This document shows, one piece after another, positions 1-11,414 of a DNA stretch of 47,380 bases. This stretch comes from Stramenopiles sp. TOSAG23-2 (taxonomy: Eukaryota). The translations under genes and the position numbers were made by a program. Under the pieces are notes generated by a model, which made no database searches, had not been told where the DNA came from, and saw only the letters and a list, made by a program, of their open reading frames with translations. Each line of letters begins with the position of its first letter. The stretch's first letter is position 1. The stretch spans positions 1 through 47,380 of the forward strand of contig LT649276.1 in assembly GCA_900128395.1 (NCBI GenBank), written 5' to 3'.

Positions 1-1
1 T

Positions 2-3000
2 ACGTGTGTTATTTTAAATGACGATACAGTGAAATGTTGGGGGGGCTGGGGGGGGTGGTTGGGTGATCGAGGAGATAATCCTAATGAAATGGGAGATAAT
101 TTACCAACGGTTGATTTAGGAACAGGTAAGACGGCAAAACAACTTGTTGCTGCCATGGAACATGTGTGTGTTTTATTAAATGATGATACAGTGAAATGTT
201 GGGGTTCTGGAGAAAAAGGGAAACTTGGGTATGGTGATACAACCCATCGAAACACATATGATTCCAGTAAAATGGGAGATAATTTACCAACAGTTGATTT
301 AGGAACAGGTAAAACAGCAAAACAAATAGCTGCTTCTTTGTTTCAGAATCATAATTGTGTTATTTTAAATGATGATACTGTTAAATGTTGGGGGTGGGGA
401 GCCTATGGGCAACTTGGGTATGGTGATACAAATGACCGAGGAGACGAACCCAATGAAATGGGAGATAATTTACCAACAGTTGATTTAGGAACAGGTAAGA
501 CAGCAAAACAAATCGTTGCTAGTGGCGACCATACGTGTGTTATTTTGAATGATGATACGGTGAAATGTTGGGGGCGGGGAGCCTATGGGAAACTTGGTTA
601 TGGTAATACATATTCTCAAAAAGATGCATCCAACGTACCAACAGTTAACTTAGGAACAGGTAAGACAGCAAAACAAATCGTTGCTGGTGATGGGCATACG
701 TGTGCTATTTTAAATGATGATTCGGTAAAATGTTGGGGTTGGGGAGAAAAAGGGCAACTTGGTTATGGTAATACAAATAATCGTGGAGATGAACCCAATG
801 AAATGGGAAATAATTTACCTGTTGTTTTGCCATATACATGTGTTGCTGGTAAATATTCACCAAATTCACAAACGGCGTGTCAAGATTGTGATGCTGGTAA
901 ATATTCTACTGCTACGGGTGCAACGAGTGATGCGACATGTCAAAATTGTGATGCTGGTAGTGTGACAGATACATTGTCCTTATCTGGTGGATCTACGTGT
1001 ACCTCGTGTGTAGCTGGGCAATATTCACCAAATTCACAAACGGCATGTCAAAGTTGTGTTGCTGGTAAATATTCTACTGCTATTGGTGCAACGAGTGATG
1101 CGACATGTCAAACTTGTGTTGCTGGTAGTGTAACAGATACATTATCATTATCTGGTGGATCTACATGCACTCCCTGTGTCGCTGGAACATATTCACCAAA
1201 TTCACAAACAGCTTGTCAAGATTGTGATGCTGGTAGTGTGACAGATACATTATCCTTATCTGGTGGATCTACATGCACTCCCTGTGTCGCTGGAACATAT
1301 TCACCAAATTCACAAACAGCTTGTCAAGATTGTGATGCTGGTAGTGTGACAGATACATTATCCTTATCTGGTGGATCTACATGCACTCCCTGTGTCGCTG
1401 GAACATATTCACCAAATTCACAAACAGCTTGTCAAGATTGTGATGCTGGTAGTGTGACAGATACATTATCCTTATCTGGTGGATCTACGTGTAGTCCCTG
1501 CATAGCTGGACAATATTCACCAAATTCACAAACGACGTGTCAAGATTGTGATGCTGGTAGTGTGACAGATACATTATCCTTATCTGGTGGATCTACGTGT
1601 ACTCCCTGTTTAGCTGGACAATATTCATCGAAGGCTCAAACGGCTTGTCAAAATTGTGATGCTGGTAGTGTGACAGATACATTATCCTTATCTGGTGGAT
1701 CTACGTGTACTCCCTGTGTAGCTGGACAATATTCACCAAATTCACAAACGACGTGTCAAGATTGTGATGCTGGTAGTGTGACAGATACATTATCCTTATC
1801 TGGTGGATCTACGTGTACTCCCTGCATAGCTGGAAAATATTCACCAAATTCACAAACAGCTTGTCAAGATTGTTATGCTGGTAGTGTAACTGATACATTA
1901 TCCTTATCTGGTGGATCTACCTGCACTGCCTGTGTAGCTGGAAAATATTCACCGAACCCTCAAACGGCATGCCAAAATTGTGATGCTGGTAGTGTGACAG
2001 ATACATTATCCCTATCAGGTGGGTCTACATGTACTCCCTGTTTAGCTGGACAATATTCATCGAAGGCTCAAACGGCTTGTCAAAATTGTGATGCTGGTAG
2101 TGTGACAGATACATTATCCTTATCTGGTGGGTCTACCTGCACTGCCTGTGTAGCTGGAAAATATTCACCGAACCCTCAAACGGCATGCCAAAATTGTGAT
2201 GCTGGTAGTGTGACAGATACATTATCCCTATCAGGTGGGTCTACATGTACTCCCTGTTTAGCTGGACAATATTCATCGAAGGCTCAAACGGCTTGTCAAA
2301 ATTGTGATGCTGGTAGTGTGACAGATACATTATCCTTATCTGGTGGGTCTACCTGCACTGCCTGTGTAGCTGGAAAATATTCACCGAACCCTCAAACGGC
2401 ATGCCAAAATTGTGATGCTGGTAAATATTCTACTGCTACGGGTGCAACGAGTGACGCGACATGCCAAAATTGTGATGCTGGTAAATATTCTACTGCTACG
2501 GGTGCAACGAGTGACGCGACATGTCAAAATTGTGATGCTGGTAGTGTGACAGATACATTATCTTTATCTGGTGGGTCTACATGTACTCCTTGTGTAGCTG
2601 GACAATATTCACCAAATTCACAAACAGCTTGTCAAGATTGTGATGCTGGTAGGTATAATAATGTAACTACTGGTGCTACTAACTGTAAAGCCTGCTCACC
2701 TGGGCGTTACTCTGATGCGGAAGCGGAAATCTCTGAAAGTAGTTGCATTGCATGTGCTGCTGGAAAATATTCGATATCTGGTGAAGGACAAACCTCTGAA
2801 AATGTATGCATTGCATGTGTTGCTGGAAAATATTCAACACTTGAAGGACAAACCTCTGAAGACGTTTGTGTAGATTGTCCAATAGGTAAATTTAGTGATA
2901 AAGATAGCCAGACCTCTGAAACTGCATGCACGCCATGTTTACCTGAAACATACAACGATGTAATAGGGCAGACAGAGTGTACATTGTGCTTACCTGGAAC

Positions 3001-4807
3001 TCTGAACCCGCTAACTGGCGCAACAACGGCAGATGTTTGTTGCGCTGCTGGTACATACACAAATGAAGCAGCAAATAACTGCATGACATGTCCAAAACCA
3101 CAACATTGTTTAGGGGGTACGACATGTGCCAATAATCGCGATGGATTGGGTTGCTCAAAATGTAAAAATAGACATTATACAGTGGATGGGGAATTTTGTA
3201 CTCCTTGTCCCGAATCAAGTATTGGGCAGTGGGTTTTGGCTATTTTTATAGTAATGCTATTAGTGAAAGCAGTTTACAGCATATTAAAAGAAAATTTTTC
3301 AGAGGATGAGGAAAAAAAGCAAAAAGGAAAAGAAAACAAAGAAGTGAAACGCCAACATAGCCGAGGCACATTTGAAGATGGAATTGGAGATACAGTTGGT
3401 AAATCAAACCATATACAATCAGTGTCGGGTACACTTCAGAATACAATTAATCACTCCCGTCATCGATTGTTGTCAATGGCGGGTTTGATTTCTATATTGG
3501 CAAAGCATATGTTGGTAATGGCATTTCAATTTCCATCATTTCCATTTATTCATCTTCCAGCTGACATACGTCAATTTTTACAATCCATACTAAGTTTATT
3601 TACATTTGATTTAAGCGGTTTTGTGTCATCTCCAGAATGCGATTGGGACTTACCAACCGTGGAAAAATTTATTATAAAAATGTTTTTACCACTTGTATTT
3701 GTGATTAGTTTTACTTTGTGGTATGTTGTTGGTAAAATGGTAATTAAACAAAACAAACGTCGTAATTTTTTCAATCGTGTCATTGGTGTTACCTCTTTTT
3801 TATGGATAACAACATTGTATAGTTTAAATTTGTACCAAACAATGTCTGCATGGGATTGTACAGAGGCTGAAGGCACTGCTACGTTAGATTTGGATCCAGA
3901 TATTGAATGTCAAACTGGTGATCATGGAATATTTATTGCATTTTCATTACTAAGTCTAATGCTCTACACGGTTATGCCTGCTATATTGAGTTATTTAAAA
4001 CATAGAAATCATGCATGTGGAAAATACGGCTCCTCCTTGCTTCAATTGAAAATGCCAGAATGGGAAGATCCTCATAATTGTTCAAAATATACTGAATTGT
4101 CCAAACCGTGTTATGACTGTGAAGATTGCGATTTAAGACAACGTTACAGTTGGTTTTATAATAAATATCATACATCGTGCTTTAATTATGAATGCATCGT
4201 TTTTTTACAAAAAGTATTTATTGGCGGAATTGGTTTGTTTTTCACAAACCGTATAGATATAGCTATGATTTTGATGATTGTGTGCAATTTTATATTTATA
4301 GGTATTACTGTTTATTTTCAACCATATTTGACGGATGCAGAAAGTTTGATAATTCGCCAGGAAGGACGCGCGCATGCAAATATTGACCGCGAAAAGTGCT
4401 CTAAAAAAGGTTGTGGTGTTAATAATAGTTTAGATGTTTTGTTATTGAGTGCAGAAATATGTCTATGTATTTCTGCATTGTTAACATTTAATTTAAAACA
4501 AACATTAAATTCTAACAGTAGTTGCGTCAGCCGTAAATTGATAAATGGTAGTGTTACACTTGTCGAAATGCCATTGAATGAATGTATCATAAAAAAATAT
4601 CCAGCAGAAGATGGATTTATAGCATTTTTTGAATTCATTGGATTGATTGTTTATATAGTTGGATATTTATATGTGTTAAAATTTGCAATCGTGTTTTTCC
4701 ACAGGAAATATTTTAAAAAGAATGTTGAAAAGAAAGATCGCAAGAAAGAAAATGATATGGGGACACCTGTACCGAATTCATACGTAAAACCTACTGAAAT
4801 GATTTAA
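2..4807 (+). CDS. RCC1-repeat + Cys-rich (GCC2/GCC3/TNFR-like) repeat multi-pass membrane protein, 5'-partial
   Basis: The frame is open from base 2 (TCVILNDDTVKCWG). It has RCC1-type repeats (HTCVILNDDTVKCWGxGxxGQLGYG...LPTVDLGTGKTAKQI), a long CxxCxAGxYS repeat array and several hydrophobic C-terminal segments. Stop at 4805-4807. Confidence 0.85.
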   Translation, partial: TCVILNDDTVKCWGGWGGWLGDRGDNPNEMGDNLPTVDLGTGKTAKQLVAAMEHVCVLLNDDTVKCWGSGEKGKLGYGDTTHRNTYDSSKMGDNLPTVDLGTGKTAKQIAASLFQNHNCVILNDDTVKCWGWGAYGQLGYGDTNDRGDEPNEMGDNLPTVDLGTGKTAKQIVASGDHTCVILNDDTVKCWGRGAYGKLGYGNTYSQKDASNVPTVNLGTGKTAKQIVAGDGHTCAILNDDSVKCWGWGEKGQLGYGNTNNRGDEPNEMGNNLPVVLPYTCVAGKYSPNSQTACQDCDAGKYSTATGATSDATCQNCDAGSVTDTLSLSGGSTCTSCVAGQYSPNSQTACQSCVAGKYSTAIGATSDATCQTCVAGSVTDTLSLSGGSTCTPCVAGTYSPNSQTACQDCDAGSVTDTLSLSGGSTCTPCVAGTYSPNSQTACQDCDAGSVTDTLSLSGGSTCTPCVAGTYSPNSQTACQDCDAGSVTDTLSLSGGSTCSPCIAGQYSPNSQTTCQDCDAGSVTDTLSLSGGSTCTPCLAGQYSSKAQTACQNCDAGSVTDTLSLSGGSTCTPCVAGQYSPNSQTTCQDCDAGSVTDTLSLSGGSTCTPCIAGKYSPNSQTACQDCYAGSVTDTLSLSGGSTCTACVAGKYSPNPQTACQNCDAGSVTDTLSLSGGSTCTPCLAGQYSSKAQTACQNCDAGSVTDTLSLSGGSTCTACVAGKYSPNPQTACQNCDAGSVTDTLSLSGGSTCTPCLAGQYSSKAQTACQNCDAGSVTDTLSLSGGSTCTACVAGKYSPNPQTACQNCDAGKYSTATGATSDATCQNCDAGKYSTATGATSDATCQNCDAGSVTDTLSLSGGSTCTPCVAGQYSPNSQTACQDCDAGRYNNVTTGATNCKACSPGRYSDAEAEISESSCIACAAGKYSISGEGQTSENVCIACVAGKYSTLEGQTSEDVCVDCPIGKFSDKDSQTSETACTPCLPETYNDVIGQTECTLCLPGTLNPLTGATTADVCCAAGTYTNEAANNCMTCPKPQHCLGGTTCANNRDGLGCSKCKNRHYTVDGEFCTPCPESSIGQWVLAIFIVMLLVKAVYSILKENFSEDEEKKQKGKENKEVKRQHSRGTFEDGIGDTVGKSNHIQSVSGTLQNTINHSRHRLLSMAGLISILAKHMLVMAFQFPSFPFIHLPADIRQFLQSILSLFTFDLSGFVSSPECDWDLPTVEKFIIKMFLPLVFVISFTLWYVVGKMVIKQNKRRNFFNRVIGVTSFLWITTLYSLNLYQTMSAWDCTEAEGTATLDLDPDIECQTGDHGIFIAFSLLSLMLYTVMPAILSYLKHRNHACGKYGSSLLQLKMPEWEDPHNCSKYTELSKPCYDCEDCDLRQRYSWFYNKYHTSCFNYECIVFLQKVFIGGIGLFFTNRIDIAMILMIVCNFIFIGITVYFQPYLTDAESLIIRQEGRAHANIDREKCSKKGCGVNNSLDVLLLSAEICLCISALLTFNLKQTLNSNSSCVSRKLINGSVTLVEMPLNECIIKKYPAEDGFIAFFEFIGLIVYIVGYLYVLKFAIVFFHRKYFKKNVEKKDRKKENDMGTPVPNSYVKPTEMI
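839..2650 (+). repeat. Intragenic coding tandem array, ~108-nt (36-aa) unit, with interspersed 60-nt KYSTATGATSDAT units
   Basis: The motif SVTDTLSLSGGST occurs 14 times, with near-identical nucleotide copies. Confidence 0.95.
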
Positions 4808-5584
4808 TAAATCTGAGTACAAAACAGAAGCAAACCAAAAGCAAGCTGATTCATTGTATAGTGTGGTGGGAAAATATAAAAGAGGGGGAATAAAATTTTG
4901 TGATTATAATATTTTCTAACTGAACTAATTTTCAACCACCTTCAGCAATGTATGTTGTATATTTTCCCTTCCAAAAAAAACATTTATATAGGAAAATAAA
5001 TTTAGTGTACAAACAGTACACATATAGTTTTTGGATATTTCCATCAATTTTAAGGACTCATGAAAAAATACAGTCTTGATCTGCTGGTGAAAATATTTTT
5101 TCTTTCGCTTTTGATTAGCATCTACATACCATTGAAAAATGAAAAAAAATTAGGAAATCGAAAACAAAATCTGCCGTTCATAGTCGCTAGCAGGCAGATA
5201 GCATCGAATTATGTTACAACATGATCGCAGCAAGGGATACAAGCGTCAAAATGTTTCATAGTGTGAATTGGAGAAGATATTTAGGGTGGTGGGGAAAAAA
5301 AAATCCAGAGTTCATCAGTCCGGTCGGTCCATCAAATGTCCAAATCTCCGGTTTTTCCTCAAAAATACTATTAGCTACCAGGTATTATTTCAATTATATA
5401 CTACATAATAACCACACCAATAATCATCTCTCCTCCTCCCCCCGTTCTGGGTCCTCAACGAAGCATATATTTTAAATAATAATAGTGCAATACAGTAAAA
5501 ACAACAATATATTCAATATAGATAGTGAGATATATTATAGAACATATATATATATATATATATAAATAAATGCGATAAAACACA

Positions 5585-6049
5585 ATGAATGAAAATAAAG
5601 ATAGTGAGATTGATAAAAGTTTAACACCACTTATTGCTCAGACGGAATATCAATTAATAGAGAAAGATAAAAATGCATTAGTAGAAAAAATTGAACAATT
5701 AGATGCTGAAATTCATAGTTTAGAAACAGCTTATTTTAATAGGTCAGAAACTAAAACTGATAGTTATAATGCAATTAGGGGTTGGGATGGCTTTCTCGAT
5801 GCAAAGTTGGATGGTAATAATAGTGGTAAAGAAAAAAAGGTTCCTGAAGGTGAGCGATATTTTTCAAATTCTTCTATGAAATCGAAGTATTCATCTGGTA
5901 GGATTGTTGGACAAACTGCTTTTGACAAAGATGATTCAGATACTAATGGAAAAGGTAAAGCAAAAAATAAATCAAAACGTGGTAAAAATAATTCAAATAG
6001 TGGTAGTAGTAGGACTAGAAAAGATGGCAGGAAACGAAAACGATATTAA
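5585..6049 (+). CDS. EAF6: NuA4/NuA3 histone acetyltransferase subunit Eaf6 (MEAF6)
   Basis: LxxLDAEIHSLETAYF...NAIRGWDGFL...ERYFSNSS matches the Eaf6 signature (LE..I...E..Y..GN.I.GWD...R.FS.SS); basic C-terminal tail. Confidence 0.85.
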   Translation: MNENKDSEIDKSLTPLIAQTEYQLIEKDKNALVEKIEQLDAEIHSLETAYFNRSETKTDSYNAIRGWDGFLDAKLDGNNSGKEKKVPEGERYFSNSSMKSKYSSGRIVGQTAFDKDDSDTNGKGKAKNKSKRGKNNSNSGSSRTRKDGRKRKRY

Positions 6050-6275
6050 TATATATATATATATAATTATAAATGTTTTAAAATTTTTGTACAGAGTAAT
6101 TTAGGTTGAACATACACTAAAAACTTTTACGAAAAAATATATTTTATTTTTATTTATTTAAATATTTAAAATATCATATGACATATCATTATAATTTAAT
6201 TGTCAATAACATATTATTAATATCATAACTCCTGTGACAGAAATTACCGATGGAGGTAAATCAGATGTTATCAAC

Positions 6276-6423
6276 CTTCTGTTGTGGTGTATATATTTTA
6301 TTCTTTTACTATATTAAGTTACATACTCATACAACGTTGGATAATCATACTTCTGTTGTGGTGTATATATTTTTATTCTTAATATTATATTAAGCTACAT
6401 ACTCATACAACGTTGGATCATCA
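6276..6423. repeat. Diverged ~75-bp tandem duplication of the cullin 3' end and 3' UTR
   Basis: CTTCTGTTGTGGTGTATATA...ACATACTCATACAACGTTGGAT occurs twice (6276, 6350) with several mismatches. Confidence 0.85.
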
Positions 6424-8762
6424 TCACTTCGTTCTAAATAGTCTCTGGATATTAAATCTTCTATACGTGGTTTTATTAATTCAGCTTTTGCTTGAAATAA
6501 TGGTTTCAACATTTTAATCGTTTCTGCAACTAAAGCATCATGTTTAACGGTCTCTTTTTGCTTCATAATACGTACTATTGTTGCTTCCATTTGATGCTTC
6601 CTACGTTCACGCACATCACCACTTGTATCATCACGTTCTTTATCTGATGTTTTCGCAACTGCCAATGGTATACGAATGCGTCTTTGCTTATCTGAAAATT
6701 GATGATTTACACATACACGTTCAGAACTTGGTAAAGATGGACCTGTTATACCATCATTGACAGTTTTTAAAATTTTATATTTACCAAAGACTAAAGGCAT
6801 TAATTGTTTGTTCAAATCACTTATACTCATCTTCAACGCTTGTGCGATTCCAGTTGGACTTTGTGCATCCCAACGGTTGAATAACAATAATATACAAGCT
6901 TGAAATGTTGACATCGTCATTTCTCCCGTGTAACCGGTTACGGAGCCGCTATTGAAAGCGCCTTGGACGACGATTGATCCTAACGTATGTACCCATCTCA
7001 ATTTACGATTAGCTGTTCGTAAGCAATAAAACTGTTCAAAGACATCTTTCGCTATTTGTAAATCTTTTGCCATAGCAAAATCAAGATGTTTATACGATGG
7101 CCAGAATCCTTGCGTTAATACATTCACGCTTAAGGCTATTTGCAATTGGCTTGGATCAACAGGTTGTGCTTTCTTTTGCGGAGATTTATCCTCCGTAGAT
7201 GATGCAAGCTCGCCTTGGGTCTTTTCCATTAAAGATTCTGGATCAGCTAGATAATCCGTGAAATCGTTTTGAACATCTGCAGCTAATCGCATATCGTTCA
7301 ACATACCCTCATATTTAGCAGTATATTGTGCACCACAACGAGCTTTTAAATTGGATAAAACACGTTGTTCCATATCATCACCACCACTACGTCCTAATAA
7401 CAAGCGTTTTGCAAGTTGTTTCCTATAAAATTCAGAGAAAATATCTTTATCGCGCAAATACACGAAGATTTTTGTTAAATTATCCAAATATGCTAATGAT
7501 CCAATGCCACCAAAGGATTCGCCACCACGTGCAGATTTTGGCTTTGAGCGCAACGCACGATCAATAGCATCTGCAACTAATTCGGTCATCTGTTTCTTCC
7601 CTTTCACCTTCGTATTAGCTGATTTTTCAAAACCAGAGTTCATTGCCTCTTTGAATACATTGTCTCCATGGAAACATTCTTCCCCCAAACGTTCGAAGCT
7701 TGCTAATAATTTGATTAAATGATCGATTAGCTCTTTTGGATGGACAGAACTAATAGTTTGCATAACTTCTGTTGTCACATATAAACGGAAATGTTTCGCA
7801 GCAACCTCTAATCCATTCGGTACTCTGGAGTATAAACGGTATAAACGTAACAAATCTCGTCGGCAATATCCTTTCAATAGCTCTGCCATACCTCCGCTAG
7901 ATTCGTCTCCTAATACATCCTCTTGTGCATTTGTCAAAAGCTCTTCCTCGCATGCTTTCACTAATTTTGGTAATGTCGATTTACGCAAATAATAATGAAC
8001 ACGATCTGTTTCTTCTTCCAAACGTGATTCACAACGTTGTAAATAATTTGCCAAACCATATTTTGATGCCCAGTTTTCAGAATCACTTTTGCTTTCTTCT
8101 GTTGCTGCCAGTAATATTGGTTTCTCCAAGAATTCCTCATACACACGCTCATTGCCATTGCCCATGACTAAGTACATTTCCGTGACATCACGTATAATTC
8201 GTTGATCCAGTGCATTTGATACGCCGTTATTACGTTCTCGTGCAATAAGCTGTACAACAGCTTTTGCGGCTAACGTTTTGCCTTGTTGGAATACAATTTT
8301 TTGAAATGCTTTCATACCAACCGTATGCAAATCATCAATTGCTAAACGACGAACGTAAAATCTATTGACATAAGCAAACATTTTACATTGCCATTTCAAT
8401 AATAATTTATGGTTAACCCAACGTTGGTGTAATTCTGTTAAAAATGCTTCCGTAGAGTGTTTTTTTCCCATACATGCCGGTGCAACTGTATCAGTTAAAT
8501 ATTGTTCAATACTTTTACGATGAGCAAAATATAGTTTACCACTCCAATTACTTGGTGCTTTTTGCGTACACATTTTGTATATTGTAGTATACAAATCTAC
8601 AAAATCTTCATTTCTGTATTTGATATTTGAGCCACGTTCAACAATTTTTTGTAAACGTCGAATACCTTTTTTCTCTATAACTGACCATCCATCTTCAAAC
8701 GATATAGGCTTAATACCTTTTGGTCCAGGAGCAACATTCATAGCACGTGGTGCAAGCGCCAT
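6390..8762 (-). CDS. CUL1: Cullin (CUL1-like E3 ligase scaffold)
   Basis: Cullin repeats (LYTTIYKMCTQK), cullin homology domain (DKDIFSEFYRKQLAKRLL; VLTQGFWP), neddylation motif EATIVRIMK and C-terminal IEDLISRDYLER...YEYVA. Confidence 0.92.
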   Translation of the reverse strand: MALAPRAMNVAPGPKGIKPISFEDGWSVIEKKGIRRLQKIVERGSNIKYRNEDFVDLYTTIYKMCTQKAPSNWSGKLYFAHRKSIEQYLTDTVAPACMGKKHSTEAFLTELHQRWVNHKLLLKWQCKMFAYVNRFYVRRLAIDDLHTVGMKAFQKIVFQQGKTLAAKAVVQLIARERNNGVSNALDQRIIRDVTEMYLVMGNGNERVYEEFLEKPILLAATEESKSDSENWASKYGLANYLQRCESRLEEETDRVHYYLRKSTLPKLVKACEEELLTNAQEDVLGDESSGGMAELLKGYCRRDLLRLYRLYSRVPNGLEVAAKHFRLYVTTEVMQTISSVHPKELIDHLIKLLASFERLGEECFHGDNVFKEAMNSGFEKSANTKVKGKKQMTELVADAIDRALRSKPKSARGGESFGGIGSLAYLDNLTKIFVYLRDKDIFSEFYRKQLAKRLLLGRSGGDDMEQRVLSNLKARCGAQYTAKYEGMLNDMRLAADVQNDFTDYLADPESLMEKTQGELASSTEDKSPQKKAQPVDPSQLQIALSVNVLTQGFWPSYKHLDFAMAKDLQIAKDVFEQFYCLRTANRKLRWVHTLGSIVVQGAFNSGSVTGYTGEMTMSTFQACILLLFNRWDAQSPTGIAQALKMSISDLNKQLMPLVFGKYKILKTVNDGITGPSLPSSERVCVNHQFSDKQRRIRIPLAVAKTSDKERDDTSGDVRERRKHQMEATIVRIMKQKETVKHDALVAETIKMLKPLFQAKAELIKPRIEDLISRDYLERSDDDPTLYEYVA

Positions 8763-9539
8763 CTTTGTATTATTCTAATTTTCTAATATTTTTTTCTTCT
8801 TTATAATACAACTTGTATATGTATGTATATTAAAAATTACAATTGCAGCGCACGAAAAAAAATATCAAACTATCTAAAAAATATCTAGATACCTCTTTCT
8901 TACATAACAATATTTCTTTCCTCTCTCTTTCTTGTGTAATTTTTCCAAATATGTATTGTTTTTGAAATAAGATGATGATGTGTGGTGCTACACGACATTT
9001 AATAATAATAACGTCTCAATTCGAACACAACAAATAATATTCAAAATTCATCAACAACAAAAAATAAAAAAAAGTACCAAGATCCAAGATCATATACGAG
9101 CTCGTACATAGTAGTATACCACCAAGGTGGTAGGGGTAGCTAACTAGCTCTAGCTCTAACACACCAGGTTAAGGTGGTAGCTCGCTCTAGTTTTCTTTTT
9201 GTTTTCTGCAGCCTTTTTTTTTTTCGTCGTCAGCATTTTTGCATATTAATGATGTGCGGTGAACCAGGTGGTGTGCTGGTGTGCTGGTGGTGTGCCAGGT
9301 GTGCTATGTCCGCGAAAAACGTTTCAACTTTTGTATTTTTATTTTAATAAATGCACAAATGATTATAATATCATTATATATAGTCTCATACATAATTCAT
9401 ATGTAATTATAGTATATATTTACAAATTGTACATTTTATTTTTAAGATAATAGATAATTTTACGCGATAAGCAAATTGGAATACAATAATTAAAGAGCCA
9501 TTTGGAAGTTTTAACACTTTCACCCAATTTATTGAAAGT

Positions 9540-11414
9540 ATGGCGTTTACTGCATCTACTAGGAGTGCAGCGCCAACCAAAGAAATGTTTAGCCCAAGAC
9601 AATTAGAAGGTTCCAAAAATATGGATGGTCGTGTTATTAAAAGCAACGAAATTGGCTCTGTAGAACGATTTGCCACTACTTCACGTTCTTTCTATACTAA
9701 TGAATCGACGGGTATGGATTATACACTCCGTACTAGTGTTTCATCGTTACCCTCGCCATTAAAAGCCTATTCAACAAGCTCACCAAACGTAACTGCTAAT
9801 AAAGTTCAAATGAAAGACAAGGATAACAGACTTAATTTAATACGAGGGACAGCTGATTATGGCTTTGGCAAAGGAGAGGAGCAATATACAGGAGGAAGGC
9901 AATACAACCAAGCAAAACATTATTTAGGGGGAGTATACCAACCACCTTCATTTACCCATAGACACTATATCGATAGAGAAGGTTCAGGATATACACCATC
10001 GAAATACCATCAACAAATAAAGCAGCGAGTATGGGAGCAAGATCATATTACAGGAGAAATTCGACGAAGTCCACAACGAAAGCCGCGAGACTTAGGAATT
10101 GGAGATATAAAAGATTATAAATTGCATACGGTAAGAAGCGATAATACAAGTAGCAACAATAACAATAGTACGACAAATCGGTACGTGCCCACACCACCAT
10201 GGGTAAAGAAGAAAAAGAAATTGGAGCAGTCAAATCGACGTTATCAGGAGATGATTACTACGGGAAGTCCACGATCTAGGAGACATTTAATTACATGTAT
10301 TAAAACAACTGATGTTGCTGATAAAGAATTACGTAAACGCCCATATAAAAACGTTCCACCATTTGAACCTGAGCAATGGCCATTTGATTTCATGCCACCA
10401 CCGCAAAATAATAACGTTCAATCGATAGATACCACAACTAGAAACATGAATACAGCTAGTAGACCTCCAACTAGACCAGCAGTGTTTGACGTCGTCCATG
10501 ATGGTACTTTGCCACGCAATCCATCAGAGCAATTTTTAAACAATGTCTTTGGGCATACATTATTGCGAAGTGCAGAAGAGCATTTAATTGATCAAGTCGG
10601 AAAATTTCAGTACATTAAACATGATGATGAAAGACGAAAAATGCAATTGTGGGAAAAAAATAGAGTCATAATACAACATTTTTTGATAAATGAAGGTGGA
10701 CGAAGACACATAAAAGAAGTAGATTTTGAAACATATAAAGGTAAACATATTGGTGATATGGTCAATATGATAAGTGAGAGGGAAGATTTTGAGGAATATA
10801 TGAATTGGCTAGTCCATCATGTTTCACACGTCGCGTCTAAACAGAAAGTTGATACCATTGATCTGGATGGTGATGGCAATTTGGATTCTGAAGAAGTCTA
10901 TGCATCGTCTAGGATAGGCTATTTCAACGAGATTCAAGATCCAGAAGAGAAGAGACGGTTGCAGTTATATGAAGGGAGATATTTAATGGTATTATATTTT
11001 GTTAATAGTTTCAGGCGCAGTATGTGGAGGTTTGATCCTAGATATCGAACAATGTCACAAAAAGAAATTTTAGAGGACATGATAAATTCAAATAATTATA
11101 ATGCAATAATGAATGATTTTAGGAAGAAAGCACGTGCACTGCAAACGACATCCTCAGACCAAGTACAAACAACGATGGGTGGTAGTAAAGATTATATGCC
11201 TGTGAAAAAAGAAGTAACTTCTAGAACAGAAGAAGCAATGAACAAGGCATGCATGGACTGGGCATATGATCGAATTGTTGATCATGAAAGTGCATTTTTG
11301 AAAAAGCATCAAGGTTATTCAAATATGTCTGGGTGGGCTCACCAATTGAAACAACAAACCATGGCATTTGAAGCATTAGACAAGATGATCGAAAAGAAGA
11401 AGAAGTTTGGTTGA
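9540..11414 (+). CDS. Uncharacterised protein with one EF-hand loop between two related helical repeats
   Basis: 624-aa ORF; canonical EF loop DLDGDGNLDSEE at 10860-10895. Confidence 0.7.
   Translation: MAFTASTRSAAPTKEMFSPRQLEGSKNMDGRVIKSNEIGSVERFATTSRSFYTNESTGMDYTLRTSVSSLPSPLKAYSTSSPNVTANKVQMKDKDNRLNLIRGTADYGFGKGEEQYTGGRQYNQAKHYLGGVYQPPSFTHRHYIDREGSGYTPSKYHQQIKQRVWEQDHITGEIRRSPQRKPRDLGIGDIKDYKLHTVRSDNTSSNNNNSTTNRYVPTPPWVKKKKKLEQSNRRYQEMITTGSPRSRRHLITCIKTTDVADKELRKRPYKNVPPFEPEQWPFDFMPPPQNNNVQSIDTTTRNMNTASRPPTRPAVFDVVHDGTLPRNPSEQFLNNVFGHTLLRSAEEHLIDQVGKFQYIKHDDERRKMQLWEKNRVIIQHFLINEGGRRHIKEVDFETYKGKHIGDMVNMISEREDFEEYMNWLVHHVSHVASKQKVDTIDLDGDGNLDSEEVYASSRIGYFNEIQDPEEKRRLQLYEGRYLMVLYFVNSFRRSMWRFDPRYRTMSQKEILEDMINSNNYNAIMNDFRKKARALQTTSSDQVQTTMGGSKDYMPVKKEVTSRTEEAMNKACMDWAYDRIVDHESAFLKKHQGYSNMSGWAHQLKQQTMAFEALDKMIEKKKKFG

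Noticed and set aside
2-830. Giant-virus origin suggested by RCC1 repeats and few introns
   Set aside because: No viral hallmark genes; a spliceosomal intron, a SECIS and core nuclear genes indicate cellular DNA.
839-2650. Regularly spaced repeats resembling a CRISPR array
   Set aside because: These are in-frame coding repeats with no unique spacers and no cas genes, in a eukaryotic context.
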